Assembly: GCA_035688955.1 (NCBI GenBank)
Contig: DASSMJ010000017.1
Span: 14,061-78,060 of the forward strand
Direction: 5' to 3'
From: Solirubrobacterales bacterium
Lineage (GTDB): Bacteria > Actinomycetota > Thermoleophilia > Solirubrobacterales > 70-9
DNA: 64,000 bases
Both the position numbers and the translations under genes were made by a program. Under the pieces are notes generated by a model. That model did not search any database. It was not told the DNA's origin and worked only from the letters and a program-made list of their open reading frames with translations. Below, piece by piece: positions 43,120-51,440 of this stretch (position 1 is the first letter of the stretch; each line of letters starts with the position of its first letter).

Positions 43120-44609
43120 TGCTCTGGATTCTGGCGCACTTGCGAGACGACCAGCCCCACCGCGGCGCTGAGGGAGAAGGCCGCGGCGCCCAGCGCCCAG
43201 CCGCCGCTGACGTCGCTGAGGTACTGGATCTTCAGGTAGACGCCGGAAAGTCCGATCAGGGCGGTGAGCACGAACCCGGTCGTCACCACGGCGGCCCCCC
43301 GCGCCATCCCCGGCCGCAGCCGCAGCACGATCGTCGCCGCCAGCCAGAGATAGAAGACCGAGTGAGCGGCGTGACTGCTGGGGTACGCCGTGCCGGAGGC
43401 ATCGACCAGCCCGCCAACCGGCCGCGGCCGGTCGACCACCTCCTCGACGACGTCGATCCCGGTCTGGGTGATCGCCATCCCTGCGACCAGGACCCAGAAC
43501 TCGGTCCAGCGCCGCCGCCAGGCCAGCAGCAGGGCGCAGAGCGCCGCCAGCGCGGTGACTGCGCCCGCCGAGCCAAGCCAGCTGATCACCTTCGAGACGT
43601 CAGCCAGCGCCGAGCTGTGCAGGTGGCCGACGATTTCAGCCGCGGTTTCGTCGCCGGGGGTGGGTCCCGGGTTTTCGCCTAGGACGACGGCGTAGGCGAC
43701 GAAGACGAAGGAGGCGACCGCGAGCGTCGCCATCAGAGTGGTGAATTCGAGGCCGAAGGTCCCGCCGGGCGTCACCCGGTCCCAGAGGAAGCGGAACTGC
43801 GGCTGCCGCGCCAGCTCGACCAGCCAGCGGGTGGCCCCGTGCTCCTCCATCCAGGCCACCGCCTTCTCCCGGTTCTCCTCCTCGCGGAAGTGGCGGATGA
43901 GGAAGACGGTGCCGGCGAAGATCGCGATCAGCGTCGCCAGCAGGAAGGCTCCTTTGGCGGCGTATTTGCCGGCGGTCTCGATGCTGCGCGAGAAGAAGTA
44001 GCCGACGAGGATGTGGCCGGTTGCCCACAGGCCGGTACCGAGGACCGAATAGGGCACGAAGGCGCGGTACTGCATCCCCGAGCTGCCGGCGATGAACGGG
44101 GCGAACGCGCGCACGAGGCTGATCCAGCGGCCGATGAAGATCGTCTTGCCGCCGTGCCGATCGAAGTACTCCTCGACTTTCTCGAAGCGCTCGTGGCTGA
44201 TCCCGAACTTCGGGCCGTGGTCGAGGACGAAGCTGCGGCCGAGCTTGCGGCCGAGGAAGAAGCTGAAGGTGTCGCCGAGCCAGGCCGAGAACCAGGCGAC
44301 CGCGATCAGCAGGTAGATGTCGATCGCGCCCTGGCCGGCGACGGCGCCGCCGAGCAGCATCACCGTCTCGCCGGGCACCACCAGGCCGACGAAGGCTCCC
44401 GTCTCGGCAAAGGCGAAGAGGCCGACCAGCAGGTAGGTCCAGGCTCCGAGGGTGTTGGAGACCTCTTCCAGCAGCTCCTGCAGGTCGAGGTGCCCGAGCT
44501 GGCGGCTGATGAAGAAATAGCCGACGGCTACCGCCACCGCGCCGATCGCGAGCAGAATCCGTTTGCGCGTGATCGGCCCCTCCCCGTTGCCCTCCCCCGG
44601 CAGCTTCAT
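43116..44609 (-). CDS. DedA (SNARE-associated) family domain fused to a PAP2 phosphatase domain
   Basis: The N-terminal half has AFAETGAFVGLVVPGETVMLLGG and FIGRWISLVRAFAPFIAGSSGM (DedA). The C-terminal half has RPRP..., AYPSSHAAHSVFY and YLSDVSGGWALGAA (PAP2). Confidence 0.75.
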   Translation of the reverse strand: MKLPGEGNGEGPITRKRILLAIGAVAVAVGYFFISRQLGHLDLQELLEEVSNTLGAWTYLLVGLFAFAETGAFVGLVVPGETVMLLGGAVAGQGAIDIYLLIAVAWFSAWLGDTFSFFLGRKLGRSFVLDHGPKFGISHERFEKVEEYFDRHGGKTIFIGRWISLVRAFAPFIAGSSGMQYRAFVPYSVLGTGLWATGHILVGYFFSRSIETAGKYAAKGAFLLATLIAIFAGTVFLIRHFREEENREKAVAWMEEHGATRWLVELARQPQFRFLWDRVTPGGTFGLEFTTLMATLAVASFVFVAYAVVLGENPGPTPGDETAAEIVGHLHSSALADVSKVISWLGSAGAVTALAALCALLLAWRRRWTEFWVLVAGMAITQTGIDVVEEVVDRPRPVGGLVDASGTAYPSSHAAHSVFYLWLAATIVLRLRPGMARGAAVVTTGFVLTALIGLSGVYLKIQYLSDVSGGWALGAAAFSLSAAVGLVVSQVRQNPEQ

Positions 44610-45445
44610 GGCTCGAGTCTCGCGTGTCCGGCGGCGCAGACGATGGCTTCCTCGTACCCGGTCGCGGCGGCGGCATCTTGAGCCGCGCTCAGATCCGGGA
44701 AGAGGCCGACGGCGGTCGGGCCGGAGCCGCTGAGGATCGCGACCGGGGCGCCGGCGGCGCGCAGGGCCTCCAGCGCCTCGCCGATCTGCGGCCGCAGCGA
44801 GAGCGCCGCCGCGGTCAGGTCGTTGACCAGCAGCTCGGGATAGTCGAGCGGCGAGGCGCCGGCGCCGGCGACCTCGCGCAGCTGTGCCGCCAGCTCGTCG
44901 AGCTCTGCCGCCGGGCGGTCGAGGCCGAGCCGGTCCGCCTCGGCGAAGACCGCGGCGGTGCTGAGCCCGCCGCCCTCGGGCAGCAGCACGGCAGCGTGCT
45001 CGGCCGGCTCCGGCAGCGGCTGGATCTCCTCCCCTGCTCCGCGCACCAGTGCCAGCGAGGGCCGCAACTGGGAGGGAACGTCGGCGCCGAGCTCTGCCGC
45101 GAGCTCGGGCAGGTCGGCGACCTCTGCGGCCGCCAGCCGCAGGACCGCGGCGGCGTCGCCGCTGCCGCCGCCGAGCCCGGCCGCCACCGGCACCCGCTTC
45201 TCGATCTCGACCCGCAGCGGCTCGTGATCCCAGCCGCGCTCGCGCAGCCCGGCCAACGCCCGCGTCGCCAGGTTCTCCCCCTCCACCCCCGGGCAGACGA
45301 CCTCGTCGCGCTCCGCCGGCGAGACCTCGATCAGGTCCGCCAGCGCCAGCGGCTCGAACAGCGAGCAGAGCTCGTGCAGGCCGTCCTCGCGGCGGCCGCC
45401 GAGGTAGAGGCAGAGGTTGAGCTTGGCGGGGGCGTGGAGCAGCAT
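44606..45445 (-). CDS. ispE: 4-diphosphocytidyl-2-C-methyl-D-erythritol kinase
   Basis: 279 aa. APAKLNLCLYLGGRREDGLHELCSLFEPL...IEKRVPVAAGLGGGSGDAAAVL is the GHMP kinase motif. Conserved rsmA-ispE order. Confidence 0.9.
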   Translation of the reverse strand: MLLHAPAKLNLCLYLGGRREDGLHELCSLFEPLALADLIEVSPAERDEVVCPGVEGENLATRALAGLRERGWDHEPLRVEIEKRVPVAAGLGGGSGDAAAVLRLAAAEVADLPELAAELGADVPSQLRPSLALVRGAGEEIQPLPEPAEHAAVLLPEGGGLSTAAVFAEADRLGLDRPAAELDELAAQLREVAGAGASPLDYPELLVNDLTAAALSLRPQIGEALEALRAAGAPVAILSGSGPTAVGLFPDLSAAQDAAAATGYEEAIVCAAGHARLEP

Positions 45446-45448
45446 CTT

Positions 45449-46207
45449 CTAGCCGCGCAGCTTCGCGGAGAGGGCGGCGAATTGCTCCGGCGCCAGCGCC
45501 TCGGCGCGGGCGTCTTCCGGCAGCCCCAGCTCGGCCAGCGCCGCGCGGGCCGGTGCCAGCGAGCCCGACCGCGCGTGCTCAAGCGAGCGGGCGAGCGACT
45601 TGCGCCGGTGGGCGAAGGCGGCGCGGATCAGCTCCCGGGTGGCGGCGTCAGCGCCGGGGCCGATCCGCCGCAGGCGCAGGATCGCCGAGTCCACCCGCGG
45701 CCGCGGCTTGAACACCGCCGGGTCGACCGCCCGCACCAGCTCGACCTCGCAGGCGAGCTGGGCGACCGCGCTGGGCGAGCCGTAGGTGCGGCTGCCGGGA
45801 CCCGCGCGCAAACGGTCGGCGATCTCGCGCTGCACCATCACCGTCCAGCGCCGCAGCGAGGGCAGCTCCTCGATCGTCCGCAGGATCAGCGGCGTCGCCA
45901 CCGAGTAGGGGAGGTTGGCGACCATCGCCGTCGGCGCCGGTTGCAGCGTCCCGAACTCGAGCTTCATCGCGTCGCCCCAGTGCAAGTCGACATTCGGCAG
46001 CGCCGCGATCGGCTCCAGCGCCGCCTCCAGGCCGCGGTCGATCTCGACCGTGTGCAGGTGCGCCGCCGCGGCGGCGAGGCGCTCGCTCAAGACCCCTTCC
46101 CCCGCCCCGACCTCCAGCACCACGTCGTCGGGATCCAGCTCGGCGTCACGGACGATCGCGTCGAGCAGGTTGGGATCGGCGAGGAAGTTCTGCCCGAGCC
46201 GGACCAT
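45449..46207 (-). CDS. rsmA: 16S rRNA (adenine1518/1519-N6)-dimethyltransferase
   Basis: 252 aa. LGQNFLADPNLLDAIV...VLEVGAGEGVLSERL...MVANLPYSVATP. Confidence 0.92.
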   Translation of the reverse strand: MVRLGQNFLADPNLLDAIVRDAELDPDDVVLEVGAGEGVLSERLAAAAAHLHTVEIDRGLEAALEPIAALPNVDLHWGDAMKLEFGTLQPAPTAMVANLPYSVATPLILRTIEELPSLRRWTVMVQREIADRLRAGPGSRTYGSPSAVAQLACEVELVRAVDPAVFKPRPRVDSAILRLRRIGPGADAATRELIRAAFAHRRKSLARSLEHARSGSLAPARAALAELGLPEDARAEALAPEQFAALSAKLRG

Positions 46208-46219
46208 CAGACGGTCTCC

Positions 46220-46987
46220 CTACCAGCCGAAGAGGGCGCGGGCGTTGGCCTCGACCGTCTCCTCCAGCTGCTCGTAGGAGACGCCGCGCACCTCCGCGAT
46301 CTCCCGCGCCGTCTCGACCACGAAGGCGGGCTGGTTGCGCTTGCCGCGCCGCGGCTGCGGCGCCAGGTAGGGCGCGTCGGTCTCGACCAGGATCCGCTCC
46401 TCCGGCACCTTGGCCGCGGCGAAGCGCAGCTCCTTTGCGCTCGGGTAGGTGGCGTTGCCGGCGAACGAGCAGTACCAGCCACGCTCAGCGGCGTCGGCGA
46501 CCCGCTGCGGCGCCGAGAAGCAGTGGAGGATCACCGGCGCGTCGCCGGCGCGCTCGTCGAGCGTGGCGAAGATCTCGTCGACCGCCGCCGTCTCCCCCTC
46601 CGGGTCGCGGGCGTGGATCACGATCGGCAGCCCGAGCTCGCGGGCGATCTCGATCTGCGCCGCGAAGGCCCGTCGTTGGTCCTCCTTCGCCGTCGTGTCG
46701 CGGTAGAAGTCGAGCCCGGTCTCGCCGATCGCCCGCACCTTCTCGTGACGGCCCAGCTCGGCGATTTCCGCGGCGGCCGCGTCGTCGAAACCGGTGGCCT
46801 CGTTGGGGTGCCGCCCCACCGCGGCGAAGACGGCGCCGTAGCGCTCGGTGCTCGCCACCGCCTCGGCGTTGGTCTCGGCGTTCATCCCCACCGTCAGCAT
46901 CCGCACCACGCCCTCGCCGGCAGCCGCAGCGACCAGCTCGGCCTCCTCGCCGTCGCAGAGGAACAGGTGGGTATGGGAATCGATCAT
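46220..46987 (-). CDS. tatD: TatD-family metal-dependent DNase/hydrolase
   Basis: 255 aa. MIDSHTHL...AVGRHPNEA...AIGETGLDFYRD...PIVIHARD...ILHCFS...ILVETDAPYL. Confidence 0.9.
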   Translation of the reverse strand: MIDSHTHLFLCDGEEAELVAAAAGEGVVRMLTVGMNAETNAEAVASTERYGAVFAAVGRHPNEATGFDDAAAAEIAELGRHEKVRAIGETGLDFYRDTTAKEDQRRAFAAQIEIARELGLPIVIHARDPEGETAAVDEIFATLDERAGDAPVILHCFSAPQRVADAAERGWYCSFAGNATYPSAKELRFAAAKVPEERILVETDAPYLAPQPRRGKRNQPAFVVETAREIAEVRGVSYEQLEETVEANARALFGW

Positions 46988-47903
46988 CAGCCGATCAGCC
47001 TATCCTCGCGCGATCGCGGCCCGGATCCCATTCCTGCTGCTGCTCCTCGGCCTCCTCTGCTCGCCCTCCTCGGCGCCCGCGGCGGCGCCGGCGCAGCCGT
47101 CCTCCCTCTTCGTCGTCGTGCTCGAGAACCGCGAGTACGACGAAGTCGTCGGCAACCCGGAGATGCCCTACCTGAACGGGCTGATCGGTCGCGGCGCGGT
47201 GGCGACCAACTACTACACGCAGGCGCATCCCTCGCTGCCGAACTATCTGGCGCTGCTCGGCGGCGACACCTTCGGCGTCAGCGACAACTACCTCGACTTC
47301 GAAATCGCCGGGCCGAACCTGGCGACCCAGCTCTCCCGCGCCGGCGTCTCCTGGCGCGCCTACATGGAAGGGATGCCCTACCCCTGCTTCACCGGCTCCA
47401 GCTACGGCCGCTACACCAAGCGACACAATCCCTTCGCCTACTTCTCCTCGATCACCGCGGTGCCGGAGCGCTGCGCCAACGTCGTCCCGGCAACGCGGCT
47501 GAACAGGGACCTCGAACGCGACCCGCTGCCGGAATTCGCCTGGCTGACGCCTGACGTCTGCAACGACGGACACGACTGCACGCCCGGCCTCCTCGACCTC
47601 TACCTCTACGAACTGATGCCGCGGATCCGGCGGGCGCTCGGGCCGCACGGGCTGCTGGTGATCACCTGGGACGAGGGCCGCAGCAAGGTCGGCTGCTGCG
47701 GGCTCCCTGGCGGCGGGCGGATCGCGACCGTCCTGGCCGGGCCCGCCGTTCAGCCGGGCCGCCAGGTCGAAATGGTCGCCGACCACTACTCGCTGCTGGC
47801 GGCGATCGAGGACCGCTTCGGCCTGCCGCGGCTGCGCCTGGCGGCGGCAGCGCGGCCCCTCGCCCCTGCGCTCTTCCGGCTCCCCGGGTTAGCCTCCCGC
47901 TGA
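46848..47903 (+). CDS. Secreted phosphoesterase-family protein (AcpA / non-haemolytic phospholipase C-like); 5' end unresolved
   Basis: Signal-like IPFLLLLLGLLCSPSSAPAAAPA, then LFVVVLENREYDEVVG...HPSLPNYLALLGGDTFG...TPDVCNDGHD, the PF04185-type landmarks. The only canonical start is the GTG at 46848, which overlaps divergent tatD by 140 nt. Confidence 0.65.
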   Translation: MLATASALVSAFIPTVSIRTTPSPAAAATSSASSPSQRNRWVWESIISRSAYPRAIAARIPFLLLLLGLLCSPSSAPAAAPAQPSSLFVVVLENREYDEVVGNPEMPYLNGLIGRGAVATNYYTQAHPSLPNYLALLGGDTFGVSDNYLDFEIAGPNLATQLSRAGVSWRAYMEGMPYPCFTGSSYGRYTKRHNPFAYFSSITAVPERCANVVPATRLNRDLERDPLPEFAWLTPDVCNDGHDCTPGLLDLYLYELMPRIRRALGPHGLLVITWDEGRSKVGCCGLPGGGRIATVLAGPAVQPGRQVEMVADHYSLLAAIEDRFGLPRLRLAAAARPLAPALFRLPGLASR

Positions 47904-49066
47904 TGGCCGACTTCGCCGACTACTACCGCGAGATCTACGCCCGCGGCCTCGGCGGCGAGACGCCGGCGATCCCGGTCGCCGTCGCCGAGCTCGAGGAGCG
48001 GGCGGTGGCGGCGATGGAGCCGCGAATCGCCAACTACGTCGGTGCCGGGGCGGGTTCGGAGGAGACGATCCGAGCCAACCGCGCGGCCTTCAACCGCTGG
48101 CAGATCGTGCCGCGCATGCTGCGCGACGTCTCCAGCCGCGACCTCTCGACCTCCGTCCTCGGCACGGCGATGCCCGCGCCGCTGCTGCTGGCGCCGATCG
48201 GGGTGCAGCAGGGCGTCCACCCCGACGGCGAGCTCGCGACCGCCCGCGCCGCCGCCGCCCTCGGCGTGCCGATGATCGCCAGCTCGGCCTCGCACTACTC
48301 GCTGGAGGAGATCGCCGCCGCGGGTGGCCCGGAGGCGCCGCGCTGGTTCCAGCTCTACTGGCCGAACGACCCGGAGCTGGCGCGCAGCTTCGTCGAGCGG
48401 GCAGAGCGCGCGGGCTATGGCGCGATCGTCCTCACCGTCGACACCTTCATCCCCGGCTGGAAGCCGCGCGACCTCCAGCAGGCTTGGCTGCCGTTCCTCG
48501 AAGGCCGGGGTGTCGGCAACTACTTCCAGGACCCGGTCTTCCGCGCCAAGCTGGAGAAGACTCCAGAGGAGGACCCGGGAATGGCGACCGGGCAGTTTCT
48601 CGCCGTGCAGGCGAACCCGGCGCTGAGCTGGGAGGACCTGGCGACGCTGCGCGAGATGACCTCCCTGCCGATCCTGGTCAAGGGCATCCAGCATCCCGAC
48701 GACGCCCGCGAAGCGGTGGCCCGCGGGGTCGACAGCATCGTCGTCTCCAACCACGGCGGCCGCCAGGTCGACGGCGCGATCGCCTCGCTGACGGCGCTGC
48801 CCCCGATCGCCGCGGCGGTCGGCGGCGAGCTGGCGGTCCTCTTCGACAGCGGCGTCCGCAGCGGCAGCGACGTGCTGAAGGCGCTCGCCCTCGGTGCCGA
48901 CGCCGTCTGCCTCGGCCGCCCCTACATCTGGGGTTTGACCCTCGACGGCCAGGCCGGAGTGGAAACGGTGCTGAAGATGGTCCTCGCCGAGCTCGACCTG
49001 ACGATGGCCCTCTGCGGCCTCACCCGGCCCGTGGAGATTGGCCCGGGGCTGCTCAGCCCTGAGTAG
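47903..49066 (+). CDS. FMN-dependent alpha-hydroxy-acid oxidising enzyme (lactate 2-monooxygenase / L-lactate dehydrogenase-like)
   Basis: 387 aa. NRAAFNRWQIVPRMLRDV...LLLAPIG...RWFQLYWP...IVLTVDT...LVKGI...VVSNHGGRQVDG...DSGVRSGSDVLKALALGA. Confidence 0.85.
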   Translation: MADFADYYREIYARGLGGETPAIPVAVAELEERAVAAMEPRIANYVGAGAGSEETIRANRAAFNRWQIVPRMLRDVSSRDLSTSVLGTAMPAPLLLAPIGVQQGVHPDGELATARAAAALGVPMIASSASHYSLEEIAAAGGPEAPRWFQLYWPNDPELARSFVERAERAGYGAIVLTVDTFIPGWKPRDLQQAWLPFLEGRGVGNYFQDPVFRAKLEKTPEEDPGMATGQFLAVQANPALSWEDLATLREMTSLPILVKGIQHPDDAREAVARGVDSIVVSNHGGRQVDGAIASLTALPPIAAAVGGELAVLFDSGVRSGSDVLKALALGADAVCLGRPYIWGLTLDGQAGVETVLKMVLAELDLTMALCGLTRPVEIGPGLLSPE

Positions 49067-49069
49067 TAG

Positions 49070-49627
49070 CTACGGGCATTCGAACGGGGGCAGCGCCGTC
49101 GGGATCGCCGGCAGCCCCAGCACCGTCAGCGTTTTGAGCACAGCGCTCAAGCCGCTCAGCGCCGTTCCCAGTTCGCCGGATTTCTCCGTCAATGCTTTCG
49201 TCTGCGTGCAGACCGCCGCTACTGCTGGAACCAGCGCTTCCAGCGCTTTCACCCTCGCCAGCAGTTCGGTGACTTTGTCTTCGAGTTCGTTGACAACGAC
49301 GTTTTCGTTGCGGCCCGGCAGGCCCTGGGGGCCACGTTCCCCAGCCGCCCCCGCCGCACCGGTGTCACCGCGCGCTCCCGCTTCGCCGGCCGGCCCCGGA
49401 ATCCCGCTCGCCGCCCAGGCGACTTTCTTCCACTTCTTCGGGCACTTGACCTTGGCGCCGCGGACGATGCGCAGAGTGCCCTTGCCCTTCCCCTTCAGCT
49501 TGTAACAGGCGTGGATCTTGCCGTCCTTGCCGATCGGCGAGGCGGCGAGGGCAGGGCCGTTGGTGAACAGCAACCCGGCCAGAGCGAGGAGGAACAGGGA
49601 GATCGGAGTCCGAACGCGCAGCTTCAT
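49070..49627 (-). CDS. Secreted protein with Lys-rich head, 11 collagen-like G-X-Y triplets and a coiled-coil tail
   Basis: Signal peptide ISLFLLALAGLLFTNGPALA. GIPGPAGEAGARGDTGAAGAAGERGPQGLPGRN is an uninterrupted run of G-X-Y triplets. It is followed by the heptad-like ELEDKVTELLARVKALEALV. Confidence 0.65.
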   Translation of the reverse strand: MKLRVRTPISLFLLALAGLLFTNGPALAASPIGKDGKIHACYKLKGKGKGTLRIVRGAKVKCPKKWKKVAWAASGIPGPAGEAGARGDTGAAGAAGERGPQGLPGRNENVVVNELEDKVTELLARVKALEALVPAVAAVCTQTKALTEKSGELGTALSGLSAVLKTLTVLGLPAIPTALPPFECP

Positions 49628-49725
49628 CGCGCCGCACCTACCCAGCTTCGATCTCCAAAACCCCGAAATGGACTCCCAGAGCCAAATTCGTGCAGATTTT
49701 CAGTATGCAGGCTTTGGTGTAATCG

Positions 49726-50598
49726 TCAAAGATCGCGGCGCGAGAAGACGAGCGCGGCGAGGGCGAGCACGCCGACCAGGTAGACGAAGGCCCAGGCGAT
49801 CGAGCCCGCGCCCGCCGCCTCCGAGCCACCGAACGGTCCGAGCTGCAGCACCACCCCGGTCAGGCCCGAGGTTTCGGAGATCAGGGCGTGCAGGCTGGCG
49901 GCATACAACCCCTCGAACGGGAGCGCCCAGCTCGCGGTGCGGCCGATCTCGTGCAGCGAGTCGGAGTCGATCGCGTTGCCGATCTGCGCCAGCAGGCCGG
50001 CGGTGAGGCCGGCGCCGAAGACCATGAAGACGACGATCCCCTGCGCGGTGACCGAGAGCACGGTGGAGGCGAGCAGCGAGAGCGCAGCGATGATCGCGAC
50101 GGCAAGGGCCAGGCCGAACGCCGGTCCGAGCAGGTGGTCGGGCGACCAGTCGCCGGTCGCCTTGGTGATCGCCCAGGCGGCGAGGTAGACGACGAGCACG
50201 TAGGCGCCGGAGAGGACCGCCGCGCCGGCGAAGCGGGCGACCAGCATCGTCGTGCGGCCGATCGGGCGGACGACGATCGGCTGCAGCAGGCCCGACTCCG
50301 CGTCGCCCCGGACGACGCCGAGGGTGAGGAAGACGGCGAGCACGGCGCCGAGGAAGAGCGTCGCGAACATCGCCAGGCCGAAGATCGTCGCCCCGGTGAA
50401 GGCGTGGGGATCGAGGATCTTCGGTTCGCCGGCGGCGAATTCGTCGACGTCGCGGAAGGCGAAGTGCGCGCCGAGGCCGTAGAGGGCGAGGAAGGCGACG
50501 GTGAGGACGAGGACGGCGAGGAAGACCCGGCGGCGGATCCCCTCCTGGATCGAGAGCCCGACCACCGTCGCCGCGCCGCGCAGTTGCGAGCCGCTCAT
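49726..50598 (-). CDS. ABC-2-type transporter permease
   Basis: 290 aa, six TM helices, 4-nt overlap with the upstream ATPase gene. Confidence 0.7.
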   Translation of the reverse strand: MSGSQLRGAATVVGLSIQEGIRRRVFLAVLVLTVAFLALYGLGAHFAFRDVDEFAAGEPKILDPHAFTGATIFGLAMFATLFLGAVLAVFLTLGVVRGDAESGLLQPIVVRPIGRTTMLVARFAGAAVLSGAYVLVVYLAAWAITKATGDWSPDHLLGPAFGLALAVAIIAALSLLASTVLSVTAQGIVVFMVFGAGLTAGLLAQIGNAIDSDSLHEIGRTASWALPFEGLYAASLHALISETSGLTGVVLQLGPFGGSEAAGAGSIAWAFVYLVGVLALAALVFSRRDL

Positions 50599-51440
50599 CC
50601 CGTCTGCCCTCCCACTGCCTCCAGGTAGACGTCTTCGAGTGAGCTGTGGCGGACCTCGACGCCGTAGACGCGCTCCCCCGCGGCGACGAGGTCGGCGACG
50701 ATCCGCGGCGCCTGCTCGCGACCGGCGCCCTCGAAGCTGCGCACGCCTCCCTCGGTCTCGACGACAACAGCGGCAGGCCCGGCGAGTCCCTCCGGCGTCC
50801 CGGCCTTGACCAGGCGCCCGCCGGCGATGATCGCGACGTGGTCGCAGATCAGCTCGACCTCGCTCAGCAGGTGAGAGTTGAGCAGGACGGCGACGCCGCG
50901 CTCGCGCAGGCCCTCGAGCAGCTCGCGGACGATCCGCCGGCCGACCGGATCGAGCGCGCTGGTCGGCTCGTCGAGCAGGAGCAGGCGCGGCGATCCGACC
51001 AGCGCCTGGGCGATCCCCAGCCGCTGCTGCATCCCCTTCGACATCGCTTCCACCCGCTTGCCGGCTGCGTCGCCGAGCTCGACCAGGTCGAGCAGCTGCC
51101 GCCGCTCCCCCTCGCCGCCCTCAGAGCCGGTGAGCCGCTGATGCAGGCGCAGCAGCTCGGTCGCGCTCAGCCAGCCGGGAAAACGGAAGAGCTCGGCCAG
51201 GTAGCCGAGCGCCGCCCTCGCCTCGAGCGAGCCGGCCGGGCGTCCCACGACCTCGACCCGGCCGCCGCTCGGCCGCACCAGGCCGCAGGCGATCTTGGTC
51301 AGCGTTGACTTGCCGGCGCCGTTGGGCCCGAGCAGACCGACCAGTTGCCCGGCCTCGACCTCGAGGTCGACCCCGGCCAGGGCCGCCTGGCTCCCGTAGC
51401 GCTTGTGCAGGTCGGAGACGGCGAGGACGGGGCCCGCCAT
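50595..51440 (-). CDS. ABC transporter ATP-binding protein
   Basis: From ATG 51440: Walker A GLLGPNGAGKST, signature MSKGMQQRLGIAQAL, Walker B LLLLDEPTSALD. ATGA overlap with the metG stop. The upstream part of the ORF is rejected. Confidence 0.9.
   Translation of the reverse strand: MAGPVLAVSDLHKRYGSQAALAGVDLEVEAGQLVGLLGPNGAGKSTLTKIACGLVRPSGGRVEVVGRPAGSLEARAALGYLAELFRFPGWLSATELLRLHQRLTGSEGGEGERRQLLDLVELGDAAGKRVEAMSKGMQQRLGIAQALVGSPRLLLLDEPTSALDPVGRRIVRELLEGLRERGVAVLLNSHLLSEVELICDHVAIIAGGRLVKAGTPEGLAGPAAVVVETEGGVRSFEGAGREQAPRIVADLVAAGERVYGVEVRHSSLEDVYLEAVGGQTG

Noticed and set aside
44624-47554. 976-aa plus-strand ORF spanning ispE, rsmA and tatD.
   Set aside because: It is antisense to three unmistakable housekeeping genes. 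The translation is Arg/Gly/Pro/Ala-rich low-complexity sequence with no motifs. This is the classic long antisense ORF of high-GC DNA.
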